Of a stretch of DNA of 10,550 bases, positions 7,632-10,550 are shown piece by piece. Below the pieces are notes generated by a model. It saw only the letters and a list, made by a program, of their open reading frames with translations. It did no database searches and was not told the DNA's origin. Numbering within the stretch: the first letter of the stretch is position 1; every line of letters starts with the position of its first letter. This stretch comes from Archangiaceae bacterium (GTDB lineage Bacteria > Myxococcota > Myxococcia > Myxococcales > Myxococcaceae). The translations under genes and the position numbers were made by a program. The stretch is from contig JAYVCD010000234.1 of NCBI GenBank assembly GCA_043750125.1, positions 1-10,550 on the forward strand, read 5' to 3'.

Positions 7632-7644
7632 CTGTTGGCAAAAG
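7615..7644 (+). promoter_or_regulatory. Putative sigma70-type promoter for rplY-pth
   Basis: TTGACC (7615-7620), an 18-nt spacer, then CAAAAG preceded by TGn. The -35 is good and the -10 is weak. Confidence 0.35.
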
Positions 7645-7660
7645 GCCGGCGTTGTTTGTG

Positions 7661-7711
7661 CTGCGGACGACTTCGGGGCCCACCATTCGGGTGGGATGCC
7701 GGGGATCGCAG
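7661..7711 (+). promoter_or_regulatory. Long interrupted hairpin in the rplY 5' leader
   Basis: Nested pairings: CTGCG/CGCAG (7661-7665/7707-7711), CTTCGG/CCGGGG (7671-7676/7699-7704), CCCACC/GGTGGG (7679-7684/7690-7695), with loop ATTCG. Confidence 0.45.
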
Positions 7712-7737
7712 ATCTAGAAGTCAGGAGCAACCTCATC

Positions 7738-8478
7738 ATGGCAATTACGACCAGCAGTCTCGAAGCAGTGGCGCGCGAAGGAACCGGAAAGGGCTTTGCC
7801 CGTCGCACCCGTCTCGAAGGCAAGATCCCCGCGATCGTGTACGGCAAGCACCTGAAGGCGCCGATCTCGATCTCGATTGACCCGCTCGCGGTGCGCGCGG
7901 CGATTCACACCCCGCGCAAGCTCAACACGATCATCACGCTGAAGATCGGCGGGGCGAGCCACATGGTGATGCTCAAGGACTACCAGCAGGACCCGGTGAC
8001 CCGCGCGCTGCTCCACGCAGACTTCATCGACGTGCGCGAGACGGACCAGGTGCGGGTGAACGTGCCCCTGGTGCTGGTCGGCAAGGCGGTGGGCGTCGCG
8101 GACGGCGGCATTCTCTCGCAGCAGCGCCGTGAGATTGAAGTGTTCGCGCTGCCGAGCGCGATTCCCGAGAAGATCGAAGTCGACGTGACTGCGCTGAAGG
8201 TCGCGCAGGCGATGCACATCAACGACGTGAAGATGCCCGCGGGCGTCACGATCAAGTCGCACGTCAACTACACGGTCGCGATCGTCGCGATCCCCGAGGC
8301 CGAAGTGGTCGCGGTGGTGGCAGCTCCGGTGGCAGTCGAAGGCGCACCGGCAGGCGCGGCGGCAGGTGCAGCTCCGGGCGCAGCTCCGGGCGCGGCAGCT
8401 CCGGCGGCGGACGGGAAGGCAGCTCCGGCGGCGGGCGGGAAGGCAGCTCCGGCGGCCGCGGCTCCGAAGAAGAAGTAG
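7738..8478 (+). CDS. rplY: 50S ribosomal protein L25 / general stress protein Ctc (long form)
   Basis: REGTGKGFARRTRLEGKIPAIVYG...KDYQQDPV..LLHADF...V.VPLVLVGKAVGV.DGGIL...LPSAIPEKIEVDVTAL....HINDV. ATG at 7738 has AGGAG at 7723-7727. Confidence 0.96.
   Translation: MAITTSSLEAVAREGTGKGFARRTRLEGKIPAIVYGKHLKAPISISIDPLAVRAAIHTPRKLNTIITLKIGGASHMVMLKDYQQDPVTRALLHADFIDVRETDQVRVNVPLVLVGKAVGVADGGILSQQRREIEVFALPSAIPEKIEVDVTALKVAQAMHINDVKMPAGVTIKSHVNYTVAIVAIPEAEVVAVVAAPVAVEGAPAGAAAGAAPGAAPGAAAPAADGKAAPAAGGKAAPAAAAPKKK
8320..8466 (+). repeat. GCAGCTCCGG-based tandem repeats encoding the Ala/Pro/Gly tail of L25
   Basis: GCAGCTCCGG occurs at 8320, 8368, 8380, 8395, 8419 and 8443. It forms a 12-bp tandem pair (8368-8391) and a 24-bp tandem pair with one mismatch (8395-8442). 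Confidence 0.85.
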
Positions 8479-8535
8479 GCCTTTTTCAGGGTGGGGCGCG
8501 CAGGACGGGCGACCCAGACGGAAAGAGACACGAAT

Positions 8536-8572
8536 CCGCGGGCTGCCAGCAGGAGGCCCGCGGTTTTCATTT
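8536..8572 (+). terminator. Probable intrinsic terminator between rplY and pth
   Basis: The stem CCGCGGGCT/GGCCCGCGG (8536-8544/8555-8563) is followed by TTTTCATTT. Confidence 0.65.
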
Positions 8573-8610
8573 GAAGGGCCTGCGGTTCACCCCTTCGGTG
8601 AGGTTCAAAC

Positions 8611-9186
8611 GTGAAGATCATCTGCGGGCTGGGAAACCCGGGGCGGGAGTACGAGCGCCACCGTCACAACATCGGCTTTCAGGTCCTCGAGGTGCTGGCC
8701 ACCCGCTGGAAGGCGCCGATCACCGGCAGGAAGTTCGACGCCGACGTGTCGACGGCCTCGTTCGCGGCGCAGAAGGTGCTGCTGCTCAAGCCGCAGACGT
8801 TCATGAATGTCTCGGGGCAGTCGCTGGCGGCCGCGGCGGGCTTCTACAAAGTCCCGGTGGAAGACGTGCTGGTGGTCCACGACGAGCTGGACCTGGCGTT
8901 CGGTCGGCTGCAGCTGAAGCCCGGAGGTGGCAGCGGGGGCCACAACGGGCTCAAGAGCATCGCCGAGTCGTGGGGAGAGCAGGACTACGCCCGGCTTCGT
9001 TTTGGAATCGGCAGGCCTGTTGGCCCCGGGCCCGAGGGGGTGGTGGGGCACGTGCTTTCTAACTTCATGTCCGAAGAGCAGACCCAGCTGGGCGCGGTCA
9101 TCGCGCGCGCGCTCGAGGGCTGCGAGCTGTGGGCGCGGGACGGAATGCAAAAGGCGATGAATGCTTTCAACCGGAAGGCCTTGTAG
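8611..9186 (+). CDS. pth: Peptidyl-tRNA hydrolase
   Basis: [44 protein letters not shown] and RLRFGIGRP are present. The GTG start has GGTGAGG upstream. Confidence 0.97.
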   Translation: MKIICGLGNPGREYERHRHNIGFQVLEVLATRWKAPITGRKFDADVSTASFAAQKVLLLKPQTFMNVSGQSLAAAAGFYKVPVEDVLVVHDELDLAFGRLQLKPGGGSGGHNGLKSIAESWGEQDYARLRFGIGRPVGPGPEGVVGHVLSNFMSEEQTQLGAVIARALEGCELWARDGMQKAMNAFNRKAL

Positions 9187-9328
9187 CCGGCGCTGGGCCG
9201 CACTCGAGAATTGAAGTGCCAGTTTCGCGAGGTTCGGTCGACGGTTGGGCAGGATCCACCCGGGCATCAATGCCCGACAGACAACCGGCCGACTGCTGAA
9301 GCCCCGCCTTGACGCCAACCGCGGGTGA

Positions 9329-9428
9329 TCGGTCTGCTGAAATGCCTGGCTGCCGCGGGCACGAAGGCAGAGGTGTTTTCGAACACCTCGAAATAGCGGG
9401 CTCACCTTCAGGCCGGCGCGCAGACTGA
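9329..9428 (+). other. Candidate multi-stem structured RNA element of unknown class
   Basis: A 9-bp closing helix TCGGTCTGC/GCAGACTGA encloses TGCCTG/CGGGCA, GAAGG/CCTTC and an 8-bp hairpin GAGGTGTT-TTCG-AACACCTC. Pairing was inferred by eye only. Confidence 0.3.
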
Positions 9429-9472
9429 GGCGACCGGTGGGCTGCCTACCACCCCACCGACTTAACTCGTGT

Positions 9473-10550
<1,078 letters not shown>

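Noticed and set aside
7548-7847. ORF-track extensions of rplS (to 7847) and rplY (from 7585)
   Set aside because: Family homology begins at ATG 7547 and ATG 7738, each with an SD. The extensions overlap each other and the promoter region.
337-7880. Numerous alternative-frame and antisense ORFs (for example 476-1459, 684-1508, 1674-2648, 2660-3838, 5172-6191, 6864-7880)
   Set aside because: They overlap well-supported genes and have the Arg/Ala/Pro-rich composition typical of high-GC shadow frames.
8320-8466. CRISPR-like or mobile repeat array
   Set aside because: The repeats are short, in frame within rplY, and lack unique spacers. No cas, transposase, integrase, tRNA or rRNA signatures were seen anywhere in the window.
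9334-9367. Hammerhead-ribozyme-like CUGxUGA-stem-CGAA arrangement
   Set aside because: The core reads CUGCUGA...GAAG instead of CUGAnGA...GAAA, and no convincing stems I and III or cleavage triplet are present.
9342-9428. 28-codon small ORF (MPGCRGHEGRGVFEHLEIAGSPSGRRAD)
   Set aside because: It has no SD, atypical codon usage and no recognisable motif.
9421-9459. ZTP (pfl) riboswitch resemblance (GACTG..GCGA..GGTGGG..CCACC)
   Set aside because: The following GGGGAG element and the 3' CGCCUGGGC hairpin are missing.

Overview
This is a GC-rich bacterial window, and the protein styles suggest Myxococcota (inference). The + strand opens with the 3' end of a probable VWA-type secreted protein, coupled to a lipoprotein with 73 Cys in repeats. 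These converge on a - strand operon: rplS, a degenerate SMC/Rad50-like coiled-coil membrane protein, yraN, a CHASE2/class III cyclase/PilZ protein, and rsmI. rplS is transcribed divergently from rplY (Ctc-type L25) and pth. A structured spacer of about 410 nt follows, then a non-canonical TPP-riboswitch-like leader and the 5' part of thiC, which runs off the window and is absent from the ORF track. The most interesting signals are: (1) the cyclase lacks its first metal-binding Asp but carries an intact PilZ motif; (2) the SMC-like protein has decayed ATPase motifs and a central transmembrane hairpin; (3) the TPP aptamer is altered at normally invariant positions and has a multi-stem RNA candidate upstream; (4) rplS and rplY sit back to back over interlocked promoter-like boxes; (5) the lipoprotein has a 21-aa CxC-x4-CCP repeat. 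All calls were made by eye and no searches were run.
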